64,000 nt of DNA from Squalus acanthias (lineage: Eukaryota), in NCBI GenBank assembly GCA_030390025.1, contig CM059433.1, positions 1,178,001-1,242,000 on the forward strand, read 5' to 3'. Made by a program: the position numbers and the translations under genes. The notes under the pieces are model-generated. The model was not told the DNA's origin. It did not search any database and saw only the letters and a list, made by a program, of their open reading frames with translations. Of the stretch, positions 51,291 through 64,000 are shown one piece after another (position 1 is the first letter of the stretch; every line of letters starts with the position of its first letter).

Positions 51291-51884
51291 TTTCAGACTT
51301 GTGCCCCCACCTCCACTTGCTTTGCACCATTCCTCACTTGAGATGACCATGTCAAAGAGGCAAACTGATCCCAATTCTCTGCCCATACCATTCTGTGATC
51401 TACTGCAAAAAGATGCATGAGAACACAGTCTTGGGTTGGCTTGAGATCCCTGCCGACTTTTTAACTGTCCTTCCCGGAAAGTTGCCTGGTCCAGGATGAT
51501 GACTCTCCCTCCCTGATGGCCTGAGTTTGATATCAGGAAGTTGCTGTGTGGAGAACAGTGGGCTCAGACCTGCATCTTACACTCTGTGCTACAGCAGCAT
51601 GACACACCAGATCATGAGTCATTCACCTAGTCTTTTGATATGCAGAATACATTTTCAAATTTCTACCTTTCACTTTTCTTGAAGGCACTAATTCTTGCTG
51701 GGGGACGGTTCCACAGCCATTGGCAGCTCCCCCGTCCTTTTGCGTGAGTGGCCATTCCTCGCTGGTGAGCCTGAGCAGTGAAGATTGACTGCCTATTCAA
51801 CTTTGGGGGGCATCAAGCTGACTCCAATCCTGCCCCCACGGATTGAATCTGGGACTGTCTGGAATGTCTGGCTATATGAGGGTC

Positions 51885-52100
51885 GTGAGGCATTGGAATA
51901 CACTGCCGGAGTGGTGATTGAAATAGAGCCCATACTAACATTTCAGAATAAATTAGATCGGTAGTTGGAGGAAAGGGGCATAAAGGGATGTTGGAACAGG
52001 GCAGGAAGATGGGCTTAGTATTATTTCTCATGTGGTGGATAAGCGCTTGGGAGGTGGTTAGGTCGAACAGCCTGTTTCCATGTTGTAATCCTCATATGCA
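51885..52100 (+). mobile_element. Old CR1 3' fragment
   Basis: TGGAATACACTGCCG..TTAGAT..AAAGGGATG remnants and a decayed GG(T)CGAA..GCCTGTTTCC UTR. Confidence 0.6.
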
Positions 52101-54770
52101 TTTACCAAATAAGCAAATTTAAAGCCCAATTTCGCCTTTTAAATCACAAAACCTACAATAATATTGCAATGTTTTACTTACAGTAGACTGAGAATAATGA
52201 TCATTATCACATTCTTTGGTTACGGGGAACATCATAGGCTACTTTCATCAGAACAGACCACTTTGAAGAATCAGCAAAGAAAAGTTAGCACTGCACCAAC
52301 ACAATGTTATGCATTGACAAATATCACTGTGAAAAATATGAAAATCTGAGGGCTATGGTTGAAGACTTTAGTAAGATGGGGTAAATCCCGATTATATGGT
52401 GCATTGAATTACTTTCAAAGTCTTGACACTCTTGCTTTGAATTAATCGTAGTGTCAGATTAGCTTACTGGGTCTAACTGCTATGCTGTGATGCGACAGTG
52501 AGTGTCACTGGTTAAAAATGCCCTTCCTGCAAAAACCCATCAAAATCATTTTATCAAGATAGGGGGCCTGAAAATCGAATACACAAGGGTCTGGTCTCTT
52601 TTAGCAGATGAAATCTGACTGCATATCAAAAGAGGAGGACAAATTATTCATTTTTCTAACGACATAAAAGAAGTGCAAGTGAGATCTGAAAGGACGCTAT
52701 CTTCAGGACCGAACTGTCAAAGAACGTGGGAACGCAGCCCTCCTACAATCTTGTTTCAGCTCCGTTGATCAGAAGATTGAAAGGCCCACTCTACCTACAG
52801 GGGTTCTCTGTTCAAGGCTCGTGGTGCAATTATAATCTATCCTCACCTCCTCCAGAATGAGAGCCCCAAAAAACAAAGCTCACAACCTCTGTGCAGCTTA
52901 ACATTCCTAATGCACCAAACCTTCTTTACATTTTTTTGTTCTGTTGGGATCCAGGGCTGTATTATCCAATGTTGACAGACAAAAAAAAAACCTTTAAATT
53001 ATCTAATGCTTTAGGGTGAATTTCCTGCAGGAATTGCCTCGGAATGGCCACTAATTGCACTGAGAGGAACACAAGAATTTGTCAGGTCAATAAATTGTGA
53101 CAGAAATGATCCCAAGGTTTCTCAGAGCTTGTCTGTAGAGCAGCAAGTGCAGAGGGAATATTGTACAATGTTTGGCTTCACAAGCCAGTACAACAATTTA
53201 TTCCCATTACAGTTTGAATCGTGTCAGGCTGAACTGATCTTGTGTTAGGCCTACATATGTCGTGGCTTTACATTAAAAAAATAATAATCAGAAATGCCAG
53301 CTTTCTGACAGAGATATTCACTCCTCCCTCCTCCTCCCCACTCCGATCAAAACACAAGCAAACTGTTCATCTTAAAATAGCTTCTTCCTTTAGCTGCAGC
53401 CAGCAAATGGCCTTGCAGCCTCTTGTGCATATGAAGACTGCAACTCACCGGTCAAATGATGTCTACTGTCATAAGCAAGACACTGTTCAAAACTTGCCCC
53501 CACCCCAGTCATTCGTTACTGCAGTCCGGGCAAAATTAACAACACATTTTTTGTAGAAAATCATTTAAGACTGGTAGGCACTACAGCAGAGCAATGGGAT
53601 ACAGGTCCGATCCATCACATTGATGAGTTCCTGGTCTCAGATGCATTACTATACAGATAAGCCAGGCTGAAGTAAGGTGCTTTCCCGGACAGAGGGGAAA
53701 TCAAAGGGAGAGTCAACCCTGGATTGCCCTTACACGCGTCCTGGTACGGAGCAGCACTCGCAAAGATTAGGGAGCTGAGATACCAGGAATGGTGAAGAAC
53801 TACCCTGAAAATTCCTGATTGGGCATATCTCAGATAAGTGTCAAGATGCATCTGCCAGGAACCGCCACCGCAGACCTCAACAAACTTTCCGGAGTCAAGG
53901 AGAGTTTCCCGGATTTTCCCATCCTACATATCGTGCCGAACAGTCGGTAATGGTGGGGCCACCCCCATGAAGCATGCGCTGAAACTGCCTCCAGTGTCCT
54001 TCGCAAGAGAACCACCTGTATTTAAAAAAAATCCAGTTAGGTCCTCATCAAGGATCCAGGTCTTCAGATGGACACTCAGATGGATTCCACTTCCGGCCCT
54101 GGTCAGCTGGGGGCTGGGGACATGGGAACGCCGGTGTTCGGCATCCCTGCCCTTGGCCCGGCCCGATCCTACATCGAAGGCCACTGTTATTACAGGTGGA
54201 GGCTCAGTCGCAAGTGGGCTATCTCGGAAAGTTCAACCGAAGGCTGTGACTTGGCATTATCAGGTCCCGGCCTAGTTTCTGGACGATCCGCTGGACTCTT
54301 GTTGAAGTTATGGTGCCAGATTTTTGGAGCCTGGTGGGAATTTTACTATCAAACAAATAAATAATAATTTTTAAATTCTATGTATGTTTCCCAGTTAAAA
54401 TGAAAAGAAAATGGTCGTGTTATCTTCAAACCATTGACACGCACCGTTCCCTCAGAGCTGCTCTTCCCTGCTGACTGGACCTTCTCGTTGTATTACTATG
54501 GATGTCTGTGGTTACTATCAGAGCCGACAGGAGAAACATTTTAAACATTTTAACAATTAAAAAACAAAACATCAACGAGGACAACTTGGTAAAGTGAGGT
54601 CAAATTTGGTAAAGCCAAAAATGAATAAAAAGTAAGCACTAAATTTGGTAAAAAATAAATGCCCATAAGTTTTTTTTAATCCTCTTGTCCTTTCTTGTTC
54701 TCTCAGCATTAAGCTACAAGAGAGCAGGTGCTGACCAAATCCCAGGCTTCTGAACTGACCACCAGAGAAG

Positions 54771-54987
54771 CCCAGGGTTAATGCTTCCACTCCCTCTCCA
54801 TCCCAGGGTTAATGCTTCCACTCTCTCTCTATCCCAGGGTTAATGCTTCCACTTTCTCTCTATCCCAGGGTTAATGCTTCCACTCTCTCTCTATCCCAGG
54901 GTTAATGCTTCCACTCCCTCTCTATCCCAGGGTTAATGCTTCCACTCCCTCTCTATCCCAGGGTTAATGCTTCCACTCCCTCTCTAT
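54771..54987. repeat. 31-bp tandem repeat x7 (CCCAGGGTTAATGCTTCCACTCCCTCTCTAT)
   Basis: Exact 31-nt period, near-identical units. Confidence 0.97.
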
Positions 54988-55237
54988 GTTTGTAAGTTCA
55001 GCATCTCAGTGATATTCATAGTAAAACTGTTTATAAAATCCTAAGGAGCCAAAACACACTGGCATGCCTGAGATCACTGGCTCAGCATGGGGAGGGATCA
55101 TGGGCATGAGTCTGTATGGTGGCACTTGGTGGCACAGTGCTTTGTTGCTCCAATGCTGTCTCCTGACCCTTACTATTATGAACTGAGTGCCCATTGAAGT
55201 GAAAATTTGAACATTGATCAATCATTGCTTTCTCAAC

Positions 55238-55727
55238 AATAACAACAACAACTAGTATTATAGCGCCTTTAACGTAGTAAAACGTCCCAAGGCGCTTCAC
55301 AGGAACGATTATCAAACAAAATTTGACACTGAGCCACATAAGAATAAATTAGGGCAGGTGACCAAAAGCTTGGTCAAAGAGGTCGGTTTTAAGGAGCATC
55401 TTAAAGGAGGAAAGAGAGGTAGCGAGGCGGAGAGGTTTAGGGAGGGAATTCCAGAGCTTAGGGCCCAGGCAATAGAAGGCACGGCCACCAATGGTGGAGC
55501 GATTATAATCGGGGCTGCTCAAGAGAGCAGAATTAGAGGAGCGCAGATATCTCGGGGGGTTGTGGGGCTGAAGGAGATTACAGAGATAGGAAGGGGCGAG
55601 GCCATGGAGGGATTTGAAAACAAGGATGAGAATTTTAAACTCGAGGTGTTGCTTAACCGGGAGCCAATGTAGGTCAGCGAGCACAGGGGTGATGGGCGAA
55701 CGGGACTTGGTGCGAATTAGGACACGC
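55238..55727 (-). mobile_element. L2-clade LINE 3' end
   Basis: ITPVLADLHWLPV..FKIL.LVFKSLHGLAPSYL..LRSS..GGRAF....PKLWNSLP..FK.LLKT; (GTT)n tail. Confidence 0.92.
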
Positions 55728-56398
55728 AAAACCTAATACCCATCAGTTATTTTTGCAATGTTTTATTTGTTATTCCATAAAGCTGTTACTCTGATTTGCT
55801 CTTCCTTTAATTTACCCTGAGGAGTAAGCTGTGTGCTCTGCAAATTAATCCAACTAACTGCTTTTAACTGTAATGGTTTGTAAATATGTAAAATCTAAAA
55901 ATATGCTTCTGAGTTTTTGCCAACTATGTCATATGCCATTTGCTAGGTCAGAGGGCAGACAGAGAGGATGCTCCTCGACCTCTGCCAAATGTCATAAGAA
56001 ACATACGAAAGCTTGGAAAGAGGAAAGCCATTTGGTCCATCAAATCTGCTCCTTCCACAGGCCATGTATAATCTACCAAACCAATTTAATCTCCTGAAGG
56101 AAAGCTTTGCATAAATACACCCTTATCCCCAAAGTTAGTTCAACTAAAACTCTGAATATCTATCCACCCTCAAATCTCCACTATTCTCTCTTGCCCTGCT
56201 GCCTTTTGCAGGCAGCATTACTCCCCTTATAGCCCAAGTTTTGGTTGAGAAGGTGCATGAGAACAAGCCAGAGTGATTTATTCACAGATGCTCTCGCTCA
56301 CTCTTCCTATGGGAAGCAGCCTAAACTTGACTCTGCACTCCCCAGTGGCAGCATGGTGGCTGTGTTAAAAATCTTGGGTGCGAACACTTCCACTCCAG

Positions 56399-57561
56399 CC
56401 AGCAGATACTGCCTGTGTACATCAATACCAGCAGATACAGCCTGTGTACATCAATACCAGCAGATACTGTCTGTGTACATCAATACCAGCAGATACTGTC
56501 TGTGTACATCAATACCAGCAGATACTGTCTGTGTACATCAATACCAGCAGATACTGTCTGTGTACATCAATACCAGCAGATACAGCCTGTGTACATCAAT
56601 ACCAGCAGATACTGTCTGTGTACATCAATACCAGCAGATACTGTCTGTGTACATCAATACCAGCAGATACTGTCTGTGTACATCAATACCAGCAGATACT
56701 GTCTGTGTACATCAATACCAGCAGATACTGTCTGTGTACATCAATACCAGCAGATACTGTCTGTGTACATCAATACCAGCAGATACTGTCTGTGTACATC
56801 AATACCAGCAGATACTGCCTGTGTACATCAATACCAGCAGATACAGCCTGTGTACATCAATACCAGCAGATACAGCCTGTGTACATCAATACCAGCAGAT
56901 ACTGCCTGTGTACATCAATACCAGCAGATACTGCCTGTGTACATCAATACCAGCAGATACTGTCTGTGTACACCAATACCAGCAGATACTGCCTGTGTAC
57001 ATCAATACCAGCAGATACAGCCTGTATACATCAATACCAACAGATACAGCCTGTGTACATCAATACCAGCAGATACTGCCTGTGTACATCAATACCAGCA
57101 GATAACTGCCTGTGTACATCAATACCAGCAGATACTGTCTGTGTATACCAATACCAGCAAATACAGCCTGTGTACATCAATACCAGCAGATACTGCCTGT
57201 GTACATCAATACCAGCAGATACTGCCTGTGTACATCAATACCAACAGATACAGCCTGTGTACATCAATACCAGCAGATACTGCCTGTGTACATCAATACC
57301 AGCAGATAACTGCCTGTGTACATCAATACCAGCAGATACTGTCTGTGTACACCAATACCAGCAAATACAGCCTGTGTACATCAATACCAGCAGATACTGC
57401 CTGTGTACATCAATACCAGCAGATACTGCCTGTGTACATCAATACCAGCAGATACTGCTTGTGTACATCAATACCAGCAGATACTGTCTGTGTACATCAA
57501 TACCAGCAGATACTGCCTGTGTACATCAATACCAGCAGATACTGCCTGTGTATATCAATAC
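56399..57561. repeat. 29-bp minisatellite, about 40 copies (CAGCAGATACTGTCTGTGTACATCAATAC)
   Basis: 29-nt period with TGTC/TGCC/AGCC variants and two 30-nt units. Confidence 0.98.
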
Positions 57562-60305
57562 ACTGGAACCTATGATATATTGAAACATCGCTGTAGGTAA
57601 CAAGATTGTGTTACAAAACGGGATCCCTCACACACTGCTTCTAATTAAATAGGAGATTGATTTGCTTTTACACAACTCAAATTTGTGTAAATGCCATAGA
57701 TATTATTGGACTTTAATTCAGGCCAGTTTATATGTAGGTTTCTCTGTAGATTAATCGTGAAGAAGCTCTGAAGTGAACAATGTTTTAAATGTGAATGCAT
57801 GTAGTGGAATGAACCGTCACATTTCAAAACAATATTCAAACAGTTCAATTAGATATTTTAATGTAAATATCCACAAGACCTTAAATAAAACTGTTTTAAT
57901 ATGGCCTATGCTGAGGGTCAACATAGCTTAGTGGTGTGAGATGTCAAGTCTCCCCCCTCCACCCCAACATATATTGTTACTGCTCAGTGAACCAAATTCT
58001 CCCAAACAGTAATACCTCATTTTCATCTCAACTAGGATTCCCCATTCTTTGCAGTGGAGCTGCACTAATCCCTCATTCACAGTGCCCCCTCCCTCTGGTT
58101 CCACTCTGGGTTCTCCTTTTCTCCCCCTCATTGTATTCTTCATCAGACCTTCTGCTTCCAATAGTGCTCCTTGAAAGCTCTTTCACAGACAAGAAAGGAC
58201 CTGCTCCTTAATGGCCGACCTGGCCCTTTCTTTTTAGCTTCCGACTGAGCTTTGCTATTTAATCTTCTGAGGCTTTCAAGATGTCACTCTCGTCTGATGA
58301 CTGCGGACAAAAGCGAAATCAAGCGATCCTGAATGCTGCGAACTTTCAAATACATCAGAACACTTTGAAGAAAGGTCCTTGAAGTCACCAGGCACAGCAG
58401 ATCATACGCAGCGATGGTGGCCTCATTCAGAACTTTTCCAGGCTGGTTTCTGCTTCACACACTTTGCTATCCCCAGTTAGCTTCCTTACCCATTAAAACA
58501 TGTAGGCTACATTTCACTTTTATTGGCCTGCTGAGTATTTCGTTTTACAGCCTGGAACACATGTGCCTCATTCTATTATATAACTGAATAATAACAGTAC
58601 GCTACAACTTTACTCTGTGTATTATGAAAGGTAAGATTAATCTGAAGACTGCATAGTTCTTTTAACCCTTTAAGAGTTATAATAGTGTTTAATCTACAAA
58701 GCTAAAGGCATTTTCTCAATTTTATTCAGAAAATGCTGTCTGTACTGAAAATGTTGTGTCGTTCCATTTGTATCCTTAATTCTAATTTGTTTACAAGGTT
58801 TTTAGCGAGGGGGTGGAGGGATCTCAGGCTTGCTAACAGACAAAACACAGTAATGGGGAAAAAATAGGGGGGACAGTGCAAAATGAATTGGTACAGGCAA
58901 CATTGTAAGCCCACAGAACTTAATTTTTGTAAAGGTTGTGGGGTGGGGGGAGAATTTGTAATTTTTTGAAATTTATCAGGAAAATTCTTAAAGAGTTATA
59001 TAAAATTAATTACATATAATACACTAATAGATGCCATTGACTCAGATACCAGCCAAAACCACATGCACTTTCAGAGGAGCGCCATTCTCATGGAAACGTG
59101 TTTGACAGGCCTTTCCCCATTTGTTTACGAGTGCGGAGCTCAATATTATGAAATGGGTTAATTTGCATCATCACATCACTTCTCGTGGCATCATCAATCT
59201 TCAAACAACACACACGGATTTTTCGACTTCTCTCCTTCCCCAAAAAAGGAAAAGGTTTGCCGGTTTTGATGATAAAAATTATTGTCCAGCGCACTGCGCC
59301 TGTGACCCACCTGAATATGGATATCTGAATCAAAAAGTTGAGGAATCCAATTAGCACATGTCATTATTGAATCATAGCCCAGCTATAATTTGCTCAATTG
59401 AGGGTTAATTATTCTATCAACTTTGCGCTGCACAGCAATCTGCTAGTCCATCAAGAGGGGGCAGAGGTGAAGACTGGGAAATGTAATGTGCAGTTTCAGT
59501 CTGTTAATATATAACCCTGAGATTGGAAAGGCTGTTTTTAACCCCTTTGCCCTTGCTGAAAGTTCACTAAATAGCCTGTCATCTCATTTGCAGCATTTTT
59601 TCAGGTGAGGAATAAATACCTCATTTGAAAAGTGACTAAAAGTTCTGTTGGATTTGTCTTTTAACCTATTGCTAAGGTTTTACTTAATTACACATTTAAG
59701 ACAAAGAACCTTTAGAGTATGACATAATTACCACAGCGGAACCAATGAATGAAAAAAGCATTCATTGCCAAAACTGTGCTCCATTGTTTCTGTCCAACTG
59801 TCATGTACCTGCATTGAAAAGGCAGGAAGCTGGCGAACTGCCATCGTCAGTGGGTTCAAGTTTACTGCGGAGTGATCTAGTCTTAAGCAGCACCGATCCA
59901 TCACAGTCGCACGTCTACTTTACATAAAAAGATAAATTCCTCTCAGATTAATGTGATCTTAATGAGTAGGAATTATCCTTAAACATCTTCCTGTTTACAT
60001 TGTAGCTCAGCCACCATTCATATGCTACAGAAAGACTTGAATTATGACACTCATGGGCATAGTAAGGAAATCATCACATTTAAAATGCTGGCATCATTCC
60101 CATACTTAGAACCCTCACATTTTATATGTTTATATATGACTGTACCTCTGGAAGTATAAAGATGAAAGTGCATTGAAAATATATCTTTATGATGAATGAA
60201 ATTCTACATTCCTTTGACTGTGTACAATGGACATTTTCCAGGATTTCCTAGACAGCACTGAAGATAAGAATACAGTGGAAATACAGTTTATTATGTATAA
60301 TCCTT

Positions 60306-61052
60306 TTTTTTTATTCGTTCATGGGATCTGGGCGTCGCTGGCAAGGCCAGCATTTATTGCCCATCCCTAATTGCCCTTGAGAAGGTGGTGGTGAGCCACC
60401 TTCTTGAACCATTGCAGTCCGTGTGGTGAAGGTACTCCCACAGTGCTGTTAGGGAGGGAGTTCCAGGATTTTGACCCAGCGACGATGAAGGATCAGTGAT
60501 ATACCTCCAAGTCAGGATGGTGTATGACTTGGAGGGGAACTTGGAGGTGGTGGTGTTCCCATGCGCCTGCTGCCCCTTGTCCTTCTAGATGGGGATTCTG
60601 TGTGGGAAAAGCAGGGACAGGGTACTGGATTTGGATGATCAGCCATGATCGTATTGAATGGTGGAGCAGGCTCGACGGGCCGAATGGCCTACTCCTGCTC
60701 CTAGTTTCTATGTTTCTATGTTTCTATGTGGTAGAGGTCGCGGGTTTGGGAAGTGCTGCCGAAGAAGCCTTGGCGAGTTGCTGCAGTGCATCTTGTAGAG
60801 GGTACACACTGCAGCCACGGTACACCGGTGGTGGAGGGAGTGAATGTTTAAGGTGGTGGATGGGGTGCCAATCAAACGGGCTGCTTTGTCCTGGATGGTG
60901 TCGAGCTTCTTGAGTGTTGTTGGAGCTGCACTCATCCAGGCAAGTGGAGAGTATTCCATCACACTCCTGACTTGTGCCTTGTAGATGGTGGAAAGGCTTT
61001 GGGGAGTCAGGAGGTGAGACACTCGCCGCAGAATACCCAGCCTCTGACCTGC
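60306..61052 (-). mobile_element. CR1-group LINE of a different clade (Crack/Daphne/L2-like), 3' portion
   Basis: IYKAQVRSVMEYSPLAW..KLDTIQDKAARLIG; poly(A)-type 3' end; flanking direct repeat AATCCTT (60299-60305, 61061-61067). A short plus-strand 3' end of the same family lies at about 33230-33285. Confidence 0.85.
60593..60728 (+). mobile_element. Very short CR1 3' end nested in the LINE above
   Basis: GATGATCAGCCATGATCGTATTGAATGG..(TTTCTATG)3; the host sequence resumes at TGGTAGAGG. Confidence 0.9.
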
Positions 61053-61934
61053 AAAAAAAAAATCCTTGTTACAAATTTCAGGTCTAGAGTAGATATTCTA
61101 TTTGTGTCAGCATCACTGATCACTGTCCTAAGTGAATCTTGCATCTCTTATGATCTGGAGAGCAACTATACCACCTAATACCCAGCTAAATGGTAGTATG
61201 CAACAATAAGACTCTTTGGCGTAAAACTTCGACCATGCAGCTCCCATTTTTAGGGCCTCCTAAGATCCCAATATGGCGGGCAGGAAGCATACACTCATTA
61301 CGAGTCGGATGTTCATCGCCCGCTCTGTCTGTTAAATGGATGGAAAATCTTATAGGATCCACTGGCCCCTGCACCCAAATTCCTGATTTGTGCTCCCAGC
61401 TGGTGAAGCTTCAGGCCAAGAGTCCAAATCTGTAAAATCTACCCTCATATCCAGAAGAAGAAAAGTGTTTACAATTTTTTTTTGTTATTGGAAAACCTAG
61501 GTGAAGGGCCAAGGTCCATGTAGCAAGAGTGCAGGGGGAACAGAAGACTTAGATAGGCTAGGCGTTTCACAGTTTTGAGATCCTGGGAAAGAATGCGTTT
61601 GAGTAGGAGATGATATTTAGCTGTAAATAATGCAAACGTACTTTGTGGTTTAACCAAAGTTTTATTGGTCGCATTGGTCAAACTACAGATGTAGTTATCA
61701 TACTTCCCCCACACCTTTGACTTCTGTTCGTATCTACTGCTGGGTTCAGGAATAAAAGTTGTGGTCAGGCAATGATCTAAATCCCACTTCTCTCAGAAGT
61801 TGTTAAACTGCTATTCAAATGGTATATTTGAATTAATAGCTCCAGATATATGATGGGATAACATGTCACCTGGAGTAACACCTCAACCTGGAAATTAATT
61901 AAGACTCCCCTCTTACAATTTGGCTTTTAGTGTC

Positions 61935-62060
61935 AGCTTAGCCAAATAGTAACACTGCCATCTCAGTGAGATTCAGAAAGTTAGTGGTTCCAGACCCACT
62001 GCAGGTCTTGAGGACATAAACTAGGCTGACCCTTCTGTAATGTACTGAGGGATTGCTGCA
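61935..62060 (+). mobile_element. Decayed DeuSINE 5' part
   Basis: TCAGAAAGTT..GGTTCCAGACCCACT.CAGGTCTTGAG..TAGGCTGAC..TACTGAGGGA.TGCTGCA resembles the SINE head. Confidence 0.55.
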
Positions 62061-62954
62061 AACAACAGTATGTCAAAGTGCCATATGAATTCCCTGTCGA
62101 TCTGAGTGGAGAAAAAAAGTCATCTATAAGCATGCAGGGGCAACCTATTAGAATGTTCTCGACAGCATTGACTTACTGTATACAATACCTTGTAAGTCTA
62201 CTGCGCAAAACGGGAATCAAGGGATAGAGTTGCCAAGAAGTCTAAAATTAATTGGGCCCTCACCCAAAAATAATCTAATTTTATAAATGCACTCTGATGG
62301 GGAGCCTCACCCGCCAGGAGCAGATATCAGGAAATCAACGGGCATAATCCACACAACTTTCCGTTCATATGGACTAACAATTGTGCGGATCGCGCCTGTG
62401 ATTTCCTGCCGTGTGCTCTTGGCAAGCTAGGCTCACTGCCAGTAGCACGCATCGTAAAACTGGTCCAAAAATATTAACCTGTCTTTCTCTTTCAGATGTT
62501 GACTAACCCGTTGCATATTTCCAATACTTGCTGTTTTTATTTCTGATTTCTAGCACCCACAATCGCTTTATCTCTCAGGTATTCAGGAAAGCCTGCAAAA
62601 CACATCTGTCAAACATTCCCATTGACATTGAGGCATTTACACTTAATGAAATGAATGCATTTTTTTCTTAACGTTATACACCATAGTACTAAAAGACAGT
62701 ATCCAGTTTATTGTAACCGCCCTATATGGTGGAGTAAAGGCTTATCACAGCAGGTCCTAAACTCAGGACTTTTATGTATTACATTTTTGTGAACATTAGG
62801 AATTTATAAACCAGTTCAGATCTGTCTTCCTTTTACCTGTCTACTATACCTAAAACGGAACAGCTTCAGGCTATCTTAAGCTACTTTTGTAGAAGTATCA
62901 AGTGAACCTGCTTTCGTTAATTAAAAAACTCCTGTTTTCTACCCAGAGTACAAT

Positions 62955-63576
62955 GGGGTAGATATTGCACTTCAATGACCAAATTTTGGGGGCCAGCATC
63001 CCGTGCCCTAAGGACGCGTGAATGACGTCTGACCTGATCATGGGCTGGGCCATTTTTCAGGTGTCCCCCGGCGTCCGCCTAAAACAGACGTTCGGTCCTT
63101 TACATATGTAAATGGGGGGCCAAATGACAGTTTTAGCCCCCCCCCCCTCTCCCTGGCCCCCGCGCCCATCTCTGCTAAATTGGATTCCGATGAGTGGAGC
63201 AGGCTTGGGATTCTTCAGTGGTCGCTGTGGTTAAGCAGCGACCACCACCAAAAGGTACGTCTTTTTTCAAATGTTATTGTGGAACCAGGCGAAGCAGGAG
63301 TGCTCAATTCGACTCAACGGTACTCATGATTGCCCCCCATATTGCTGCTCCCCCAACACAGGACTTACCTTAGGGCCACTACCGGTGAGGCAGGCGGACC
63401 CCAATTTCATCTACTTACAATGCATGGGCTGCCTGTGGAGGCGCGAGCGACAGGCGCCGGCAGCTCGCCTGAGTAATGTGTATGAGTAATGGGCTCGGGC
63501 CTTCCGGTCCGGCCACGCACTGGTGGCGCACCATTGGTTATGAGCATGAGAACAGGCCATAACCAGTTTCTACCCC
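62955..63576. mobile_element. Harbinger-like MITE
   Basis: GGGGTAGATATTG / CAGTTTCTACCCC inverted ends. Confidence 0.7.
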
Positions 63577-64000
63577 TATATGCATTCCTATGTATCGCAT
63601 AATATCAACTGTGAAATATCAATACTCTGTAAATTGCAATGTAAGGGTTCCGGATTTTCATTTCAAAAAGGTTGACTACAATTTGTAAGCAGACTTATTT
63701 CCTGCTCCTACTAATAGAGACACATTTTAGGCACTAATACTGGCAGATGCTACTTAACTGTGTAATAGTATACAATTAACTCACCCAGGGGTGTCAACAA
63801 ACAATGAAGTAACAAAAGGCAACATTGCCACTTATTTGGCCATTTCTTTACCTTGACGTGGTTAACAGATTGGGTGATGGAAGAGCGATGTGGAAAGTGA
63901 CCAAACTCTGCAGTCACTTAATTGTAGCATCTTTTAATCAATCCCCAAAAGTGTTTCCTTCACACCCTTCATAGTTGCATGATAAACAAATATTGGATAA

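Noticed and set aside
54771..54987. Telomere-like repeat (AGGGTTA within the unit)
   Set aside because: Only one telomere-like word per 31-bp unit; not a (TTAGGG)n tract.
1..57561. CRISPR-like arrays (18-, 29- and 31-bp repeats)
   Set aside because: The repeats are head-to-tail with no unique spacers, there are no cas genes, and the context is eukaryotic.
56245..57600. Cys/Gln/Tyr-rich repeat proteins in three frames
   Set aside because: The same peptide cycles through all three frames because of the 29-bp period; no evidence of coding.
58200..58500. Possible host exon in unique sequence
   Set aside because: Only short open frames without recognisable homology or a convincing splice-site pair.
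62473..62560. Remnant resembling another Penelope-type terminal repeat
   Set aside because: Too short and diverged; no hammerhead core or TSD visible.

Overview
Eukaryotic, repeat-dense non-coding DNA, most likely from a cartilaginous fish. That is inferred from the repeat content (CR1/HER1-like LINEs, Deu-domain SINEs, Penelope elements); no host gene identifies the species. Bases 1-17.4 kb are an 18-bp minisatellite (GGTGACAGTGTTAGTACT) with nested higher-order duplications, and it explains all the giant low-complexity ORFs. A young CR1 LINE with an otherwise intact ORF2 has inserted into its last units and is itself split by a GC-rich MITE. The rest is a nested mosaic of CR1, L2 and RTE LINE fragments, DeuSINEs, GG-terminated Harbinger-like MITEs, a Tigger-like MITE and two more minisatellites. 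The most notable items are: (i) a palindromic Penelope retroelement with hammerhead ribozyme motifs, and a 211-bp non-coding fold-back mini-element with the same architecture and a covarying hammerhead; (ii) a CR1-RTE chimera inside one target-site duplication (TSD); (iii) a CR1 subfamily with a doubled 3' terminal module. No host protein-coding exon was recognised. Family names come from motif recognition by eye, not from database searches.
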